Below the pieces are notes generated by a model. The model was not told the DNA's origin. It saw only the letters and a list, made by a program, of their open reading frames with translations, and searched no databases. Position numbers and translations under genes: made by a program. From positions 612,134 to 676,133 of the forward strand of contig PLLO01000011.1 of the NCBI GenBank assembly GCA_003142255.1: a DNA stretch of 64,000 nucleotides, read 5' to 3'. The stretch is from Bacteroidales bacterium. Its GTDB lineage: Bacteria > Bacteroidota > Bacteroidia > Bacteroidales > VadinHA17. Within the stretch, counting starts at the first letter, position 1; every line of letters starts with the position of its first letter. Positions 19,012 through 29,300 of this stretch are shown here, in pieces.

Positions 19012-19665
19012 ATGAAACCTTTATCATTTGAACCGCTCAGGAACTGGTTTGGTTATAACCGCAGGGAACGGAGGGCTTCTTTTGTCCTGATTATTCTGAT
19101 AGTGGCAGTATTAAGTGCCAGGTATGTAGTTCCTCAGCCCAGGCAGGAACCCGAGATCATAAATCTTGAATCCGTCTTGCCCCTTGATGATTCTATCCGT
19201 GTCAGGAGTAATAGTAATGGTACCAGGCAGTCATTCAGGCAGAATCTGCCTGCAAAAAAGAGGCAGGTATTGGAACTTAATACCTGTGATTCAGCAGCCC
19301 TGGAGGGTTTGCCCGGGATCGGACCTGTTCTGGCCAGAAGGATAATTAAATACAGGAATCTGATAGGGGGATTTGCAGCTGCCGGTCAGCTCAGGGAAGT
19401 GTACGGACTCTCAGATTCAACATTTAATATTATCTATAAAAGAGTGAGGGCAGATTCCTCGCTTGTTGAGAAGATTGACCTTAACAGAACAGATTATAAA
19501 CGTCTTATCAGGTTGCCATACCTTGAAAAATATGATGTTACCGCAATCCTTAAATTCAGGGAACTTCAAGGCAGTATTATGAGTCTCGATGAATTAATCA
19601 AAAACAAAATCTTAACACCTGAGAAAGCAAGGAAGGTAAGGGCTTATATGAAATTTGGAGAGTAG
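19012..19665 (+). CDS. ComEA-like helix-hairpin-helix DNA-binding protein
   Basis: 217-aa ORF with an N-terminal TM helix, an HhH motif (LEGLPGIGPVLARRII) and a second degenerate HhH. Confidence 0.75.
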   Translation: MKPLSFEPLRNWFGYNRRERRASFVLIILIVAVLSARYVVPQPRQEPEIINLESVLPLDDSIRVRSNSNGTRQSFRQNLPAKKRQVLELNTCDSAALEGLPGIGPVLARRIIKYRNLIGGFAAAGQLREVYGLSDSTFNIIYKRVRADSSLVEKIDLNRTDYKRLIRLPYLEKYDVTAILKFRELQGSIMSLDELIKNKILTPEKARKVRAYMKFGE

Positions 19666-19668
19666 TTT

Positions 19669-19684
19669 CCCCCTTTAAAGGGGG
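19669..19684. repeat. Perfect 16-nt palindrome ccccctttaaaggggg, followed by aggcagg
   Basis: Read directly, 4 nt after the comEA-like stop. tttccccc..gggggaggcagg resembles one arm of the 56.9-57.1 kb element. Confidence 0.7.
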
Positions 19685-19861
19685 AGGCAGGATGGTGAAC
19701 CTTTAGCCTGGCATTTTGTAACCAAAATTTAACATTCCCTATTTTGATTCCAGGTCAGGAATGTATACCTTTAATACTTCCAAATTCTACAGTATTACAA
19801 CAATAATAACCAGTTAAATATCAAAAATTAAATAATATGGATAATTTATTCCCTTAAATGT

Positions 19862-19892
19862 TTTGGAAAGAATTTTTCTATTTCTATCTTTG
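19862..19892 (+). promoter_or_regulatory. Bacteroidota sigma-A-type promoter for rpsU (-33 TTTG, -7 TAtcTTTG)
   Basis: TTTG at 19862-19865 and TATCTTTG at 19885-19892, 19 nt apart, about 27 nt upstream of the rpsU ATG. This matches the published Bacteroides TTTG/TAnnTTTG consensus. Confidence 0.5.
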
Positions 19893-19918
19893 CGCCTCGT
19901 TTTAAACAGAATTTTAAT

Positions 19919-20110
19919 ATGATTATTGTACCATTAAAAGAAGGCGAGAACATTGAAAGAGCTTTAAAGAAGTTCAAGAGGAAATTTGAAAAGACGGGAG
20001 TGATCCGCGAATTAAGGTCACGCCAGGCTTTTATCAAGCCTTCAGTTCGCCGGAGGGAGGAAATCAAGAAGGCAATGTATGTTCAGAAGTTGCAGGAAGA
20101 CGAAGAGTAG
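19919..20110 (+). CDS. rpsU: 30S ribosomal protein S21
   Basis: 63-aa ORF. ERALKKFKRKFEKTGVIRELRSRQAFIKPSVRRR is unmistakably S21. Confidence 0.95.
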   Translation: MIIVPLKEGENIERALKKFKRKFEKTGVIRELRSRQAFIKPSVRRREEIKKAMYVQKLQEDEE

Positions 20111-20162
20111 CCTGCTATTTCTGACAATTCATTTTTTAACATAACCGTCAGGGGGTTCCTTC

Positions 20163-21050
20163 ATGGCTTTTAAGGAATCGTTCTTACAATATCTACAGAT
20201 TGAGAAGCGGTATTCACCGCATACTATCCGGTCATATCAGAACGACCTGGATCAGTTTTTTTCCTATCTATCAGAGAATGGCATGCCGTCAGATCCGGGT
20301 GAGTTGACGTCTCATCATATCAGGGCATGGATTGTAAGTCTCATGGATGGCGGTATAAAGCCGGTAAGCGTTCACAGGAAGATATCATGCCTGCGGGTAT
20401 TCTTCAGATACCTGAGAAAAGATGGGGCAATCAAAGGAGATCCCCTTGAAAAGGTAGTGCTTCCGAAACGCAAAAAAAGCCTGCCTGGGTTTGTAAGTGA
20501 ACAATCTCTTAACAATCTACTGGACGGCAATAATTTCGGAACAGATTTCGCAGGAATAAGAAACCGCACCATAATAGAAATGCTTTACCTGACAGGTATG
20601 AGAAGGGCTGAGCTTATAGGTCTCAGGATACCGGATGTTGATCTTCAGAGCGCTCAGGTAAAGGTAACCGGAAAGAGAAACAAGCAGCGGATTATCCCAC
20701 TTACCAGGCCATTCACAGTAAGGTTGGACGAATATCTGAGGATGAAAAATGAGAATGCATCAGGTGATAGCTCAGATTGGTTTTTTATTACTGACAAAGG
20801 GAACAAATTATATGACAAATTTGTTTATAACGTGGTGACTGGTTATCTCTCAATGGTTACAACAATCGAAAAGAAAAGCCCTCACATACTGAGACATACA
20901 TTTGCGACACATATGCTTAACCGGGGGGCTGATCTGAACGTGATCAAAGAGTTCCTTGGACATGCAAATCTCTCAGCTACACAGATATACACGCATAATA
21001 CATTTGAAAAGTTGAAGAAAATATACAAACAGGCCCATCCACGGGCTTAA
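20163..21050 (+). CDS. Tyrosine recombinase, XerC/XerD type
   Basis: 295-aa ORF with an N-terminal SAM-like core-binding domain. Catalytic signature: R...HILRHTFATHML...LGHANLSATQIYTH. It sits in the conserved rpsU-xer-hpf context, so it is not called as a mobile element. Confidence 0.85.
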   Translation: MAFKESFLQYLQIEKRYSPHTIRSYQNDLDQFFSYLSENGMPSDPGELTSHHIRAWIVSLMDGGIKPVSVHRKISCLRVFFRYLRKDGAIKGDPLEKVVLPKRKKSLPGFVSEQSLNNLLDGNNFGTDFAGIRNRTIIEMLYLTGMRRAELIGLRIPDVDLQSAQVKVTGKRNKQRIIPLTRPFTVRLDEYLRMKNENASGDSSDWFFITDKGNKLYDKFVYNVVTGYLSMVTTIEKKSPHILRHTFATHMLNRGADLNVIKEFLGHANLSATQIYTHNTFEKLKKIYKQAHPRA

Positions 21051-21080
21051 ATATTAAACAAATAATAAGGAGGTACTACT

Positions 21081-21380
21081 ATGAACATTCAGATTCATTC
21101 AGTGAGGTTTGATGCCGACAAAAAGCTAATCGACTTTGTTCATCAGAAACTGGAGAAGCTTACCCAGTACGGTGAGGATATTGTTAATGCCGAGGTATTT
21201 CTGAGGCTTGACAAGGATCAGGATCGTGAGAACAAAATCAGCGAAATCAAGCTGGATTTATCTGGTGGACCCTTTTTCGCCAAAAAACAGAGCAAGACTT
21301 TTGAGGAGGCAACAGATGAGGCGATTGAGGCTCTTAAAAAGCAGATTACCAGGCATAAACAAAAGAAGAGAGGTGCCTGA
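21081..21380 (+). CDS. hpf: Ribosome hibernation promoting factor / RaiA (short form)
   Basis: 99-aa ORF. The sigma-54-modulation/S30EA pattern is present (IQIHSVRFDADKKLIDFVHQKLEKL...EEATDEAIEALKKQITRHKQK). Confidence 0.9.
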   Translation: MNIQIHSVRFDADKKLIDFVHQKLEKLTQYGEDIVNAEVFLRLDKDQDRENKISEIKLDLSGGPFFAKKQSKTFEEATDEAIEALKKQITRHKQKKRGA

Positions 21381-21411
21381 AAAACATGTTCAGAAAATTA
21401 TTTTGAATTAT

Positions 21412-21443
21412 TTTGAATAATAAAATATAAATTCATACATTTG
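21412..21443 (+). promoter_or_regulatory. Bacteroidota-type promoter for the tRNA-tuf transcription unit (-33 TTTG, -7 TAcaTTTG)
   Basis: TTTG at 21412-21415 and TACATTTG at 21436-21443, 20 nt apart, about 50 nt upstream of the first tRNA. The -33 lies in a tandem ttattttgaa x2 duplication. Confidence 0.5.
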
Positions 21444-21494
21444 CACACCGTTTTTTAAGGGTGAAATATGCCCCTCCGGTGCGTTCTTTAAATT

Positions 21495-21568
21495 GCCGAT
21501 GTAGCTCAGTTGGCCAGAGCAGCTGATTTGTAATCTGCAGGTCGGGGGTTCGAATCCCTTCATCGGCT
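21495..21568 (+). tRNA. tRNA-Thr (anticodon TGT)
   Basis: Hand-folded cloverleaf. Acceptor gccgatg/catcggc, D-arm gctc..gagc, anticodon loop tt-TGT-aa, T-arm ggggg-ttcgaat-ccctt. Confidence 0.9.
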
Positions 21569-21615
21569 CTTGAAAGAGTTGAAAATGTGTTTTAGGAGAC
21601 AACTCAGTTTCAAGA

Positions 21616-21698
21616 GGGGAGATACCAAAGTGGCCAACTGGGGCAGACTGTAAATCTGCTGGCGAATGCCTTCGTAGGTTCGAATCCTGCTCTCCCCA
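21616..21698 (+). tRNA. tRNA-Tyr (anticodon GTA), class II with long variable arm
   Basis: Acceptor ggggaga/tctcccc, anticodon stem-loop gcaga-ct-GTA-aa-tctgc, long variable arm, T-loop ttcgaat. Confidence 0.9.
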
Positions 21699-21770
21699 CT
21701 TTTAACGGAGAGGCCTGTCCGGAATTAATGACAGCTTCAGACGATTCCGGACCTCTTTGGACGATATCAG

Positions 21771-21843
21771 GCGGGAGTAGCTCAGTTGGTAGAGCATTAG
21801 CCTTCCAAGCTAAGGGTCGCGGATTCGAGTTCCGTCTCCCGCT
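21771..21843 (+). tRNA. tRNA-Gly (anticodon TCC)
   Basis: Acceptor gcgggag/ctcccgc, anticodon stem-loop ttagc-ct-TCC-aa-gctaa, T-loop ttcgagt. Confidence 0.9.
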
Positions 21844-21854
21844 CACTTTTTGAT

Positions 21855-21926
21855 GCCAGAGTAGCTCAGGGGTAGAGCACTTCCTTGGTAAGGAAGGGGT
21901 CGGGGGTTCAATTCCCCCCTCCGGCT
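21855..21926 (+). tRNA. tRNA-Thr (anticodon GGT)
   Basis: Acceptor gccagag/ctccggc (one A-C mismatch), anticodon stem-loop cttcc-tt-GGT-aa-ggaag, T-loop ttcaatt. Confidence 0.85.
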
Positions 21927-21990
21927 CAACAGAGAAAATGATTTTTAAAATTGAATATAGAATAAACTTAAATTTAATACGCTTGGAGTT

Positions 21991-23178
21991 ATGGCAAAAG
22001 AAAAATTTGACAGGTCGAAACCGCATGTAAATATTGGTACAATCGGTCACGTTGACCATGGTAAGACCACCCTTACAGCAGCCATCACTATGGTACTTGC
22101 CAAGAAGGGTCTCTCTGAAATCAGGGATTTTGATTCTATCGATAATGCCCCCGAAGAAAAGGAAAGGGGTATTACTATTAACACTGCTCACGTTGAATAC
22201 TGTACAGCTACCCGTCACTATGCACACGTTGACTGCCCCGGCCACGCTGACTATATTAAGAATATGGTTACAGGTGCCGCACAGATGGATGGTGCTATTC
22301 TGGTAGTTGCTGCTGATGATGGCCCAATGCCTCAGACACGTGAACATATCCTTCTTGCTCACCAGGTAAACGTCCCTAAAGTGCTCGTTTTCATGAATAA
22401 AGTCGATCTGGTTGATGACCCGGAACTTCTTGATCTGGTTGAAATGGAAGTACGTGATCTTCTCAATTTCTATGAATTTGACGGCGACAATGCTCCTGTC
22501 ATTCGTGGATCAGCACTTGGTGCAATGCACGGTGAACCGAAATGGGAAGAAAAAGTTATGGAACTGATGGATGCAGTCGATTCATATATCCCGATTCCTA
22601 AACGCGAAAACGAGAAACCATTTCTTATGCCGGTTGAAGACGTGTTCTCAATCACAGGCCGTGGTACAGTTGCAACAGGCCGTATTGAAACAGGAGTCGT
22701 ACTTACAGGCGACGAACTGGAAATGATAGGTCTTCATGCTGAAAAACGCAGAACAGTATGTACAGGTGTTGAGATGTTCCGCAAGATCCTCGACAGGGGC
22801 GAAGCTGGCGATAACGTTGGTCTTCTCCTCCGTGGTGTTGACAAGAAAGAGATTAAAAGGGGAATGGTACTTGCTAAACCAGGTTCAATAACACCTCATA
22901 CCAAAATCGAGGCTGAAATATATGTTCTTAAGAAAGAAGAAGGTGGACGTCATACTCCATTCCATAATAAATATCGTCCTCAGTTCTACGTAAGAACACT
23001 CGATATTACCGGTGAGATCACCCTTCCTGAAGGAACTGAAATGGTAATGCCCGGCGATAATGTCACAATAACAGTTGACCTTATTTACCCGGTTGCTATC
23101 AATGTCGGACTTCGTTTTGCTATCCGCGAAGGCGGCAGAACGGTTGGTGCCGGTGCTGTAACGAAAATACTTGAATAA
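21991..23178 (+). CDS. tuf: Elongation factor Tu
   Basis: 395-aa ORF with [22 protein letters not shown] and the full EF-Tu pattern. Confidence 0.98.
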   Translation: MAKEKFDRSKPHVNIGTIGHVDHGKTTLTAAITMVLAKKGLSEIRDFDSIDNAPEEKERGITINTAHVEYCTATRHYAHVDCPGHADYIKNMVTGAAQMDGAILVVAADDGPMPQTREHILLAHQVNVPKVLVFMNKVDLVDDPELLDLVEMEVRDLLNFYEFDGDNAPVIRGSALGAMHGEPKWEEKVMELMDAVDSYIPIPKRENEKPFLMPVEDVFSITGRGTVATGRIETGVVLTGDELEMIGLHAEKRRTVCTGVEMFRKILDRGEAGDNVGLLLRGVDKKEIKRGMVLAKPGSITPHTKIEAEIYVLKKEEGGRHTPFHNKYRPQFYVRTLDITGEITLPEGTEMVMPGDNVTITVDLIYPVAINVGLRFAIREGGRTVGAGAVTKILE

Positions 23179-23192
23179 AGGTTTTGGATATT

Positions 23193-23230
23193 ATATCGTT
23201 GAATCACAATGCATTGTGATTCAACGATAT
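23193..23230. repeat. Perfect 38-nt palindrome (potential ~17-bp hairpin) between tuf and tRNA-Trp
   Basis: atatcgttgaatcacaatgcattgtgattcaacgatat equals its own reverse complement. It is followed by A6, not a T-tract. Confidence 0.9.
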
Positions 23231-23237
23231 AAAAAAT

Positions 23238-23310
23238 ACGGGTGTAGCTCAGTTGGTAGAGCACTGGTCTCCAAAACCAGGTGTCGGGAGTTCGAGTCTC
23301 TCCTCCCGTG
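23238..23310 (+). tRNA. tRNA-Trp (anticodon CCA)
   Basis: Acceptor acgggtg/ctcccgt (one U-U mismatch), anticodon stem-loop ctggt-ct-CCA-aa-accag, T-loop ttcgagt. Confidence 0.85.
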
Positions 23311-23326
23311 CTAAAATTTTAAAGAT

Positions 23327-23521
23327 ATGAGTGGTATAAAAGGATATTTTCAGGAATCATTTACAGAACTCGTCCATAAAGTTACGTGGCCGACCTGGAG
23401 TGAACTTCAAAACAGCGCAGTGCTCGTAATGGTTGCCACGCTGATAATCGCCCTTATTGTTGCTGCAATGGATTTTTCATTCGGCAAGATAATGCATGCT
23501 TTGTACAATTTGTTATACTAA
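23327..23521 (+). CDS. secE: Preprotein translocase subunit SecE
   Basis: 64-aa ORF with a single C-terminal TM helix. E..KVTWPT is the SecE motif. Conserved position between tRNA-Trp and nusG. Confidence 0.9.
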   Translation: MSGIKGYFQESFTELVHKVTWPTWSELQNSAVLVMVATLIIALIVAAMDFSFGKIMHALYNLLY

Positions 23522-23538
23522 AACCTTACAAGGTTACA

Positions 23539-24087
23539 ATGAGTGATAACATTAAGAAGTGGTACGTGCTTCGGGCTATCGGCGGCAAAGAGAAAAAAGT
23601 CAAGGAATATATCGATAGCGAAATTGTCCGCCTGAAGCTTGGAGATTATATCTCTCAGGTCCTTATACCGACCGAAAAGGTCTATCAGATAAGGGCAGGG
23701 AAGAAAATAAGCAAGGAGAGAACATTCTTCCCCGGATATGTCCTGGTCGAAGCCGTTCTTACTGGAGAAATACCTCATTTATTGAGGAATGTGCCCAATG
23801 TTATAGGCTTCCTTGGTTCACAGACTGGAGAACCCGTGCCTCTCAGAAAATCGGAGATCAACAGGATCCTTGGGAAAGTTGACGAACTGAATGCAAGCGA
23901 TGAAGAGTTGAATGTCCCGTTCTTCGTAGGCGAATCTGTGAAAGTGGTCGATGGTCCTTTCAACAGCTTTACCGGAATTATCGAAGAAGTAAATGATGAA
24001 AAGAAAAAGCTTAAGGTTATGGTCAAGATCTTCGGAAGAAAAACACCTCTTGAGCTTAGCTTTATGCAAGTTGAAAAAGAAAATTAA
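23539..24087 (+). CDS. nusG: Transcription termination/antitermination factor NusG
   Basis: 182-aa ORF with an NGN domain ([15 protein letters not shown]) and a C-terminal KOW ([21 protein letters not shown]). Confidence 0.95.
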   Translation: MSDNIKKWYVLRAIGGKEKKVKEYIDSEIVRLKLGDYISQVLIPTEKVYQIRAGKKISKERTFFPGYVLVEAVLTGEIPHLLRNVPNVIGFLGSQTGEPVPLRKSEINRILGKVDELNASDEELNVPFFVGESVKVVDGPFNSFTGIIEEVNDEKKKLKVMVKIFGRKTPLELSFMQVEKEN

Positions 24088-24170
24088 TTAAAGAAATTGG
24101 CAGTCGTATCATTTTTAATGCTTCCTGAACAGCTGTCAGATACTCGCAATAAACACGCAAATTTTAAATT

Positions 24171-24614
24171 ATGGCAAAAGAAGTTGCTGGACTAATCAAG
24201 TTACAGATTCGTGGCGGAGGAGCTAATCCATCTCCACCCGTTGGGCCTGCTTTAGGTTCCAAAGGTGTGAATATTATGGATTTCTGTAAGCAATTTAATG
24301 CCAGGACCCAGGACAAAGCTGGAAAAGTGATACCGGTTGTAATTACAGTATATGCTGACAAATCTTTTGATTTTGTTACTAAAACTCCACCGGTTGCTGT
24401 TCAGCTTCTTGAGGTAGCCAAATCCAAGAAAGGTTCAAAAGAACCTAACAGGGAAAAGGTTGCCCAGGTTACATGGGACCAGGTAAAAACAATTGCTAAG
24501 GAAAAAATGGAAGACTTGAACTGTTTTACAGTTGAGTCTGCTATGAAGATGGTAGCTGGTACCGCAAGAAGTATGGGGATTACCCTTAAAGGTGAATTCC
24601 CTGACAAAATTTAA
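24171..24614 (+). CDS. rplK: 50S ribosomal protein L11
   Basis: 147-aa ORF with [20 protein letters not shown]. Confidence 0.97.
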   Translation: MAKEVAGLIKLQIRGGGANPSPPVGPALGSKGVNIMDFCKQFNARTQDKAGKVIPVVITVYADKSFDFVTKTPPVAVQLLEVAKSKKGSKEPNREKVAQVTWDQVKTIAKEKMEDLNCFTVESAMKMVAGTARSMGITLKGEFPDKI

Positions 24615-24625
24615 CTAGGAGAAAA

Positions 24626-25321
24626 ATGACTAAACTTACCAAAAACCGTAAGGTTGCCCTTGAGAAAGTCGAAAAGGACAAGCTCTATACGTTGAAAGAG
24701 GCATCTGTTCTGGTTAAGGAAATGACCACAACAAAATTTGATGCTTCCATCGATCTGGATGTAAGGTTAGGTATTGATCCAAGGAAATCCAACCAAATGG
24801 TTCGCGGTGTTGTTTCACTGCCTCACGGAACAGGAAAAGAGACACGTGTACTCGTTCTCTGCTCTTCCGACAAGGAAGCTGAAGCAAAGGAAGCCGGAGC
24901 CGATTTCGTTGGTCTTGACGATTTTATCGAAAAGATCAAAGGAGGCTGGACAGATATGGATGTGATAATAACCATGCCATCCGTAATGGGAAAAGTCGGT
25001 CAGCTCGGAAGAATACTCGGTCCCCGCGGACTGATGCCTAACCCGAAGAGTGGAACCGTTACTATGGAAATTGGTAAGGCTGTTAAAGAAGTGAAGCAGG
25101 GTAAGATTGATTTCAAGGTTGACAAAAGCGGAATCATTCATACCTCTATCGGAAAAGTCTCATTTGAGCCTCATAAGATCGCTGAAAACGCCAAAGAGTT
25201 CATCTCAATGGTGAATAAGCTTAAACCGGCTGCTGCCAAGGGAACCTACATACGTAGCCTGTTCCTTTCAAGCACAATGAGCCCTGGTATTAAGATAGAT
25301 CCTAAAGGTCTTGATGATTAA
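24626..25321 (+). CDS. rplA: 50S ribosomal protein L1
   Basis: 231-aa ORF with [24 protein letters not shown] and [11 protein letters not shown]. Confidence 0.97.
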   Translation: MTKLTKNRKVALEKVEKDKLYTLKEASVLVKEMTTTKFDASIDLDVRLGIDPRKSNQMVRGVVSLPHGTGKETRVLVLCSSDKEAEAKEAGADFVGLDDFIEKIKGGWTDMDVIITMPSVMGKVGQLGRILGPRGLMPNPKSGTVTMEIGKAVKEVKQGKIDFKVDKSGIIHTSIGKVSFEPHKIAENAKEFISMVNKLKPAAAKGTYIRSLFLSSTMSPGIKIDPKGLDD

Positions 25322-25350
25322 GTTTTTATGTTAAAAATCAGAAAGAAATT

Positions 25351-25872
25351 ATGAGACGGGAAGAAAAAGACACTATCATAGACAGCCTTGCTGAGATATT
25401 AAAAGAGTACAGCCACTTTTACCTGACTGATACTGCTCAGCTTAATGCAGCTGATACAAGTGACCTGAGAAGGAAGTGTTTTGAGAACGATATTAAGCTT
25501 ATCGTCGTTAAGAACACCTTGCTTAAAAGAGCACTTGAGCAGTCTGAAATTAACTTTGAGGAACTTTACCCGGTTCTGAAAGGTACTACGTCCATCATGT
25601 TCACTAACACCGGTAACGGCCCTGCTAAACTTATCAGGGAGTTCCGGAAGAAACATGATAAGCCTGTTCTTAAAGGCGCTTACGTTCAGGAATCAATTTT
25701 TGTAGGAGAGAACACCCTAGATGCTCTCATATCCATCAAAACCAAACAGGAACTTGTCGGCGATATTATTTTCATGCTGCAATCTCCTGCCAAGAACGTT
25801 ATATCAGCCTTACAATCAGGTGGAAATAAAATTCATGGTGTTCTTGAAACACTATCAAAAAAAGAGAATTAA
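25351..25872 (+). CDS. rplJ: 50S ribosomal protein L10
   Basis: 173-aa ORF in the conserved position between rplA and rplL, with an L10-like N-terminal domain. Confidence 0.9.
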   Translation: MRREEKDTIIDSLAEILKEYSHFYLTDTAQLNAADTSDLRRKCFENDIKLIVVKNTLLKRALEQSEINFEELYPVLKGTTSIMFTNTGNGPAKLIREFRKKHDKPVLKGAYVQESIFVGENTLDALISIKTKQELVGDIIFMLQSPAKNVISALQSGGNKIHGVLETLSKKEN

Positions 25873-25902
25873 TTATAGTATAATCAATTAAAATCAATAG
25901 AA

Positions 25903-26280
25903 ATGGCAGATCTTAAGAAATTTGCAGAAGAACTGGTTAACCTGTCTGTAAAGGAAGTAAACGAACTGGCTAAGATACTTAAAGAAGAGTATGGCATTGA
26001 ACCTGCTGCAGCAGCTGTTGCAGTAGCTGGTCCAGCAGCAGGCAGCGACGCTCCCAAAGTTGAAGAAAAATCAACCTTCAATGTTATTCTGAAAAACGCC
26101 GGAGGACAGAAATTACAGATTGTTAAACTCGTTAAAGACATTACCGGCCTTGGACTGAAGGAAGCTAAAGCAGTAGTTGATGCTGCTCCGTCTCCTGTTA
26201 AAGAAGGTGTTTCAAAAGAAGAAGCTGAAACTATTAAAAATCAATTAGTTGACGCAGGAGCTGAAGTTGAACTTAAATAA
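25903..26280 (+). CDS. rplL: 50S ribosomal protein L7/L12
   Basis: 125-aa ORF with an Ala-rich hinge ([15 protein letters not shown]) and C-terminal [20 protein letters not shown]. Confidence 0.97.
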   Translation: MADLKKFAEELVNLSVKEVNELAKILKEEYGIEPAAAAVAVAGPAAGSDAPKVEEKSTFNVILKNAGGQKLQIVKLVKDITGLGLKEAKAVVDAAPSPVKEGVSKEEAETIKNQLVDAGAEVELK

Positions 26281-26303
26281 GTTATACCTCTAAGCTGGGT
26301 TAC

Positions 26304-26340
26304 AGGTTTAGTCTCGGATATCCGGGACTAAGCCTTTTTG
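26304..26340 (+). terminator. Intrinsic attenuator/terminator between rplL and rpoB
   Basis: Imperfect hairpin aggtttagtctcgg-atat-ccgggactaagcct followed by TTTTT. This is the classic location of the partial terminator in rplJL-rpoBC operons. Confidence 0.6.
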
Positions 26341-26376
26341 TTCTTTAAATTGTAAGTTCACTTAATCTTTTACTAA

Positions 26377-29300
26377 ATGTCCTCAAAAAATACCGAAAGA
26401 ATAAGTTTCGCCTCCAGGAAAAACCAACTTGAATACCCTGATTTTCTGGAAATTCAGTTAAAATCCTTTAGTGAGTTTTTTCAGCTTGGAACAACTCCCG
26501 AAAACAGGAAAAAGGAAGGACTCTTTAAAGTTTTTACAGAAAACTTCCCCATAACTGACACTAGGAACAATTTCGTCCTTGAATTTCTGGATTATTATAT
26601 CGACCCCCCACGCTACACCATTGAAGAATGTATCGAACGCGGACTAACATTCAGCGTTCCACTTAAAGCAAAACTGAAACTTTATTGTACAGATCCCGAA
26701 CATGAGGATTTTGATACGGTGATCCAGGATGTATACCTGGGAACCGTTCCTTACATGACGGATCGCGCAACTTTTGTTATCAACGGTGCTGAGAGGGTCG
26801 TAGTATCACAGTTGCACAGGTCTCCCGGAGTATTCTTCGGTCAAAGCGTTCATGCCAACGGAACTAAACTCTATTCTGCCAGGATCATTCCTTTCAAAGG
26901 CTCATGGATTGAGTTTGCAACCGACATCAATAATGTGATGTACGCTTACATCGACAGGAAGAAAAAACTTCCCGTAACAACTCTTCTCCGCGCTATCGGG
27001 TTCGAAAGCGACAAGGATATACTCGAAATTTTTAACCTCGCTGAAGAACATAAGGTATCAAAAACCAGTATCAAAAAACTCGTTGGCCGTAAACTGGCTG
27101 CCAGAGTCCTGAAAACCTGGGTCGAAGACTTCGTTGATGAAGATACCGGTGAGGTCGTTTCCATTGAAAGAAATGAGGTGATCCTCGACAGGGAAACTGT
27201 TATTGAACCTGAACATGTCGACCTTATTGTCGAGTCAGGTGCAAAAGCTATTCTCCTTCATAAGGAAGATATAAACCTGTCAGATTACGCTATTATATAT
27301 AATACCCTTCAGAAAGATCCCTGCAACTCTGAAAAAGAGGCAGTTATCTATATTTACCGTCAGCTTCGCAACGCTGAACCGCCTGATGAGGCAACAGCAC
27401 GCGACGTCATTGACAAGCTTTTCTTCTCGGATAAAAGATATGACCTTGGCGAGGTAGGCCGTTACAGGATCAATAAGAAGCTCGGACTGAATACCGAAAT
27501 GAATGTCAAGGTCCTGACAAGGGAAGATATCATAAAAATCATCGGTTACCTGATTGAACTTATCAACTCAAAAACCGATATTGACGATATCGATCACCTG
27601 AGTAACAGGCGTGTACGTACAGTGGGGGAACAGCTCTACTCTCAATTTGGAGTTGGCCTTGCACGTATGGCCCGTACCATCCGCGAAAGAATGAACGTCA
27701 GGGATAACGAGGTGTTCACACCTGTTGACCTGATCAATTCAAAAACACTTTCATCAGTTATAAATTCATTCTTCGGAACCAACCAGCTCTCCCAGTTCAT
27801 GGACCAGACCAACCCGCTGGCTGAAATGACGCATAAACGCAGATTGTCAGCTCTCGGACCCGGCGGTCTTTCCCGCGAAAGAGCTGGTTTTGAAGTAAGG
27901 GACGTACACTATACTCACTATGGCCGTCTCTGCCCGATTGAAACACCTGAAGGTCCTAACATCGGTCTTATTTCATCGCTTTGCGTCTATGCAAAGATCA
28001 ATGATCTTGGTTTTATCGAAACACCTTATCTGAAAGTAAATAACGGTCAGGTAGATTTCGGAAAAGATGGAATAGTATGGCTGACTGCTGAAGAGGAAGA
28101 GGAGAAAGTGATCGCCCAGGCAAATGCTCCGCTTAAAAAAGACGGTCATTTTGAAGAACAGAAGGCAAAATGCAGGTATGAAGCTGATTATCCTGTGGAA
28201 GAGGCAAATAAGATCGACCTGATGGACGTTGCTCCAAACCAGATAGCCTCAATTGCAGCTTCACTGATCCCATTCCTCGAGCATGACGATGCCAACAGGG
28301 CACTCATGGGATCTAACATGATGCGTCAGGCAGTTCCTCTGATCAATCCCGAGGCAGCAATCGTCGGTACCGGTCTTGAAACACAGGTTATCAAGGACAG
28401 CCGTATTCTTTTTGTGGCTGAAGGCGAAGGTGTTGTAGAGTATGTCGACTCAAAAGAGATTATCATAAGATATACCAGAACTGATGAGGAAAAATTCGTA
28501 AGCTTTGATGACGATACCAAACGATATGTCCTTCCAAAATATAGAAAGACAAACCAGAATACTTGTATAAACCTGATTCCTGTTGTCAAAAAAGGCGAGA
28601 AGGTTAAAAAAGGTCAACCGCTTACTGAAGGCTATGGTACCAAGAAAGGTGAACTGGCTTTAGGCAGGAATCTTATGGTTGCTTTTATGCCCTGGAAAGG
28701 GTACAACTTCGAGGATGCCATCGTTATTTCTGAGAAGGTCGTCCAGGAAGATATGTTTACTTCGGTTCATATTGATGAGTATCTTCTTGAAGTTCGCGAT
28801 ACAAAACGCGGCCTCGAGGAGCTTACTTCAGATATCCCGAACGTAAGCGAGGAAGCTACCAAGAATCTTGATGAGAATGGACTTATAAGGGTCGGCGCAC
28901 ATATCAGGCCGGGCGATATACTTATTGGAAAGATCACACCGAAAGGAGAATCAGATCCTTCACCGGAAGAAAAACTCCTTCGCGCTATCTTCGGCGATAA
29001 AGCAGGTGACGTGAAAGATGCATCTCTCAAGGCCGGACCTTCACTTGAAGGGATCGTCATTGACAAGAAACTCTTTACCAGAGCCGTCAAGGACAAGAAG
29101 ACAAAAGCCGTTGAGAAACCAATGCTCGACAAGATTGAAAATGAGTTCAATAAGAATGTTGAGGAACTCAAATCAAAGCTTGTTGACAAGCTTTTCATCC
29201 TTGTAAATGGAAAAACCTCACAGGGTGTAAAAGATTATCTCAATGTGGATGTGATACCAAAGGGCAGCAAATTCACCCTCAAACAACTTCAGGAGGTTGA

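Noticed and set aside
20163-21050. Tyrosine recombinase as a marker of an integrated mobile element
   Set aside because: It sits in what I recall as the conserved Bacteroidota rpsU-xer-hpf-tRNA-tuf arrangement. There are no flanking att-like repeats, excisionase, transfer or phage genes. It is treated as a chromosomal Xer-type recombinase.
21610-22362. 250-aa minus-strand ORF
   Set aside because: It runs antisense through four tRNA genes and the 5' end of tuf. Its translation is low-complexity with no recognisable family. It is an artefact of an open antisense frame.
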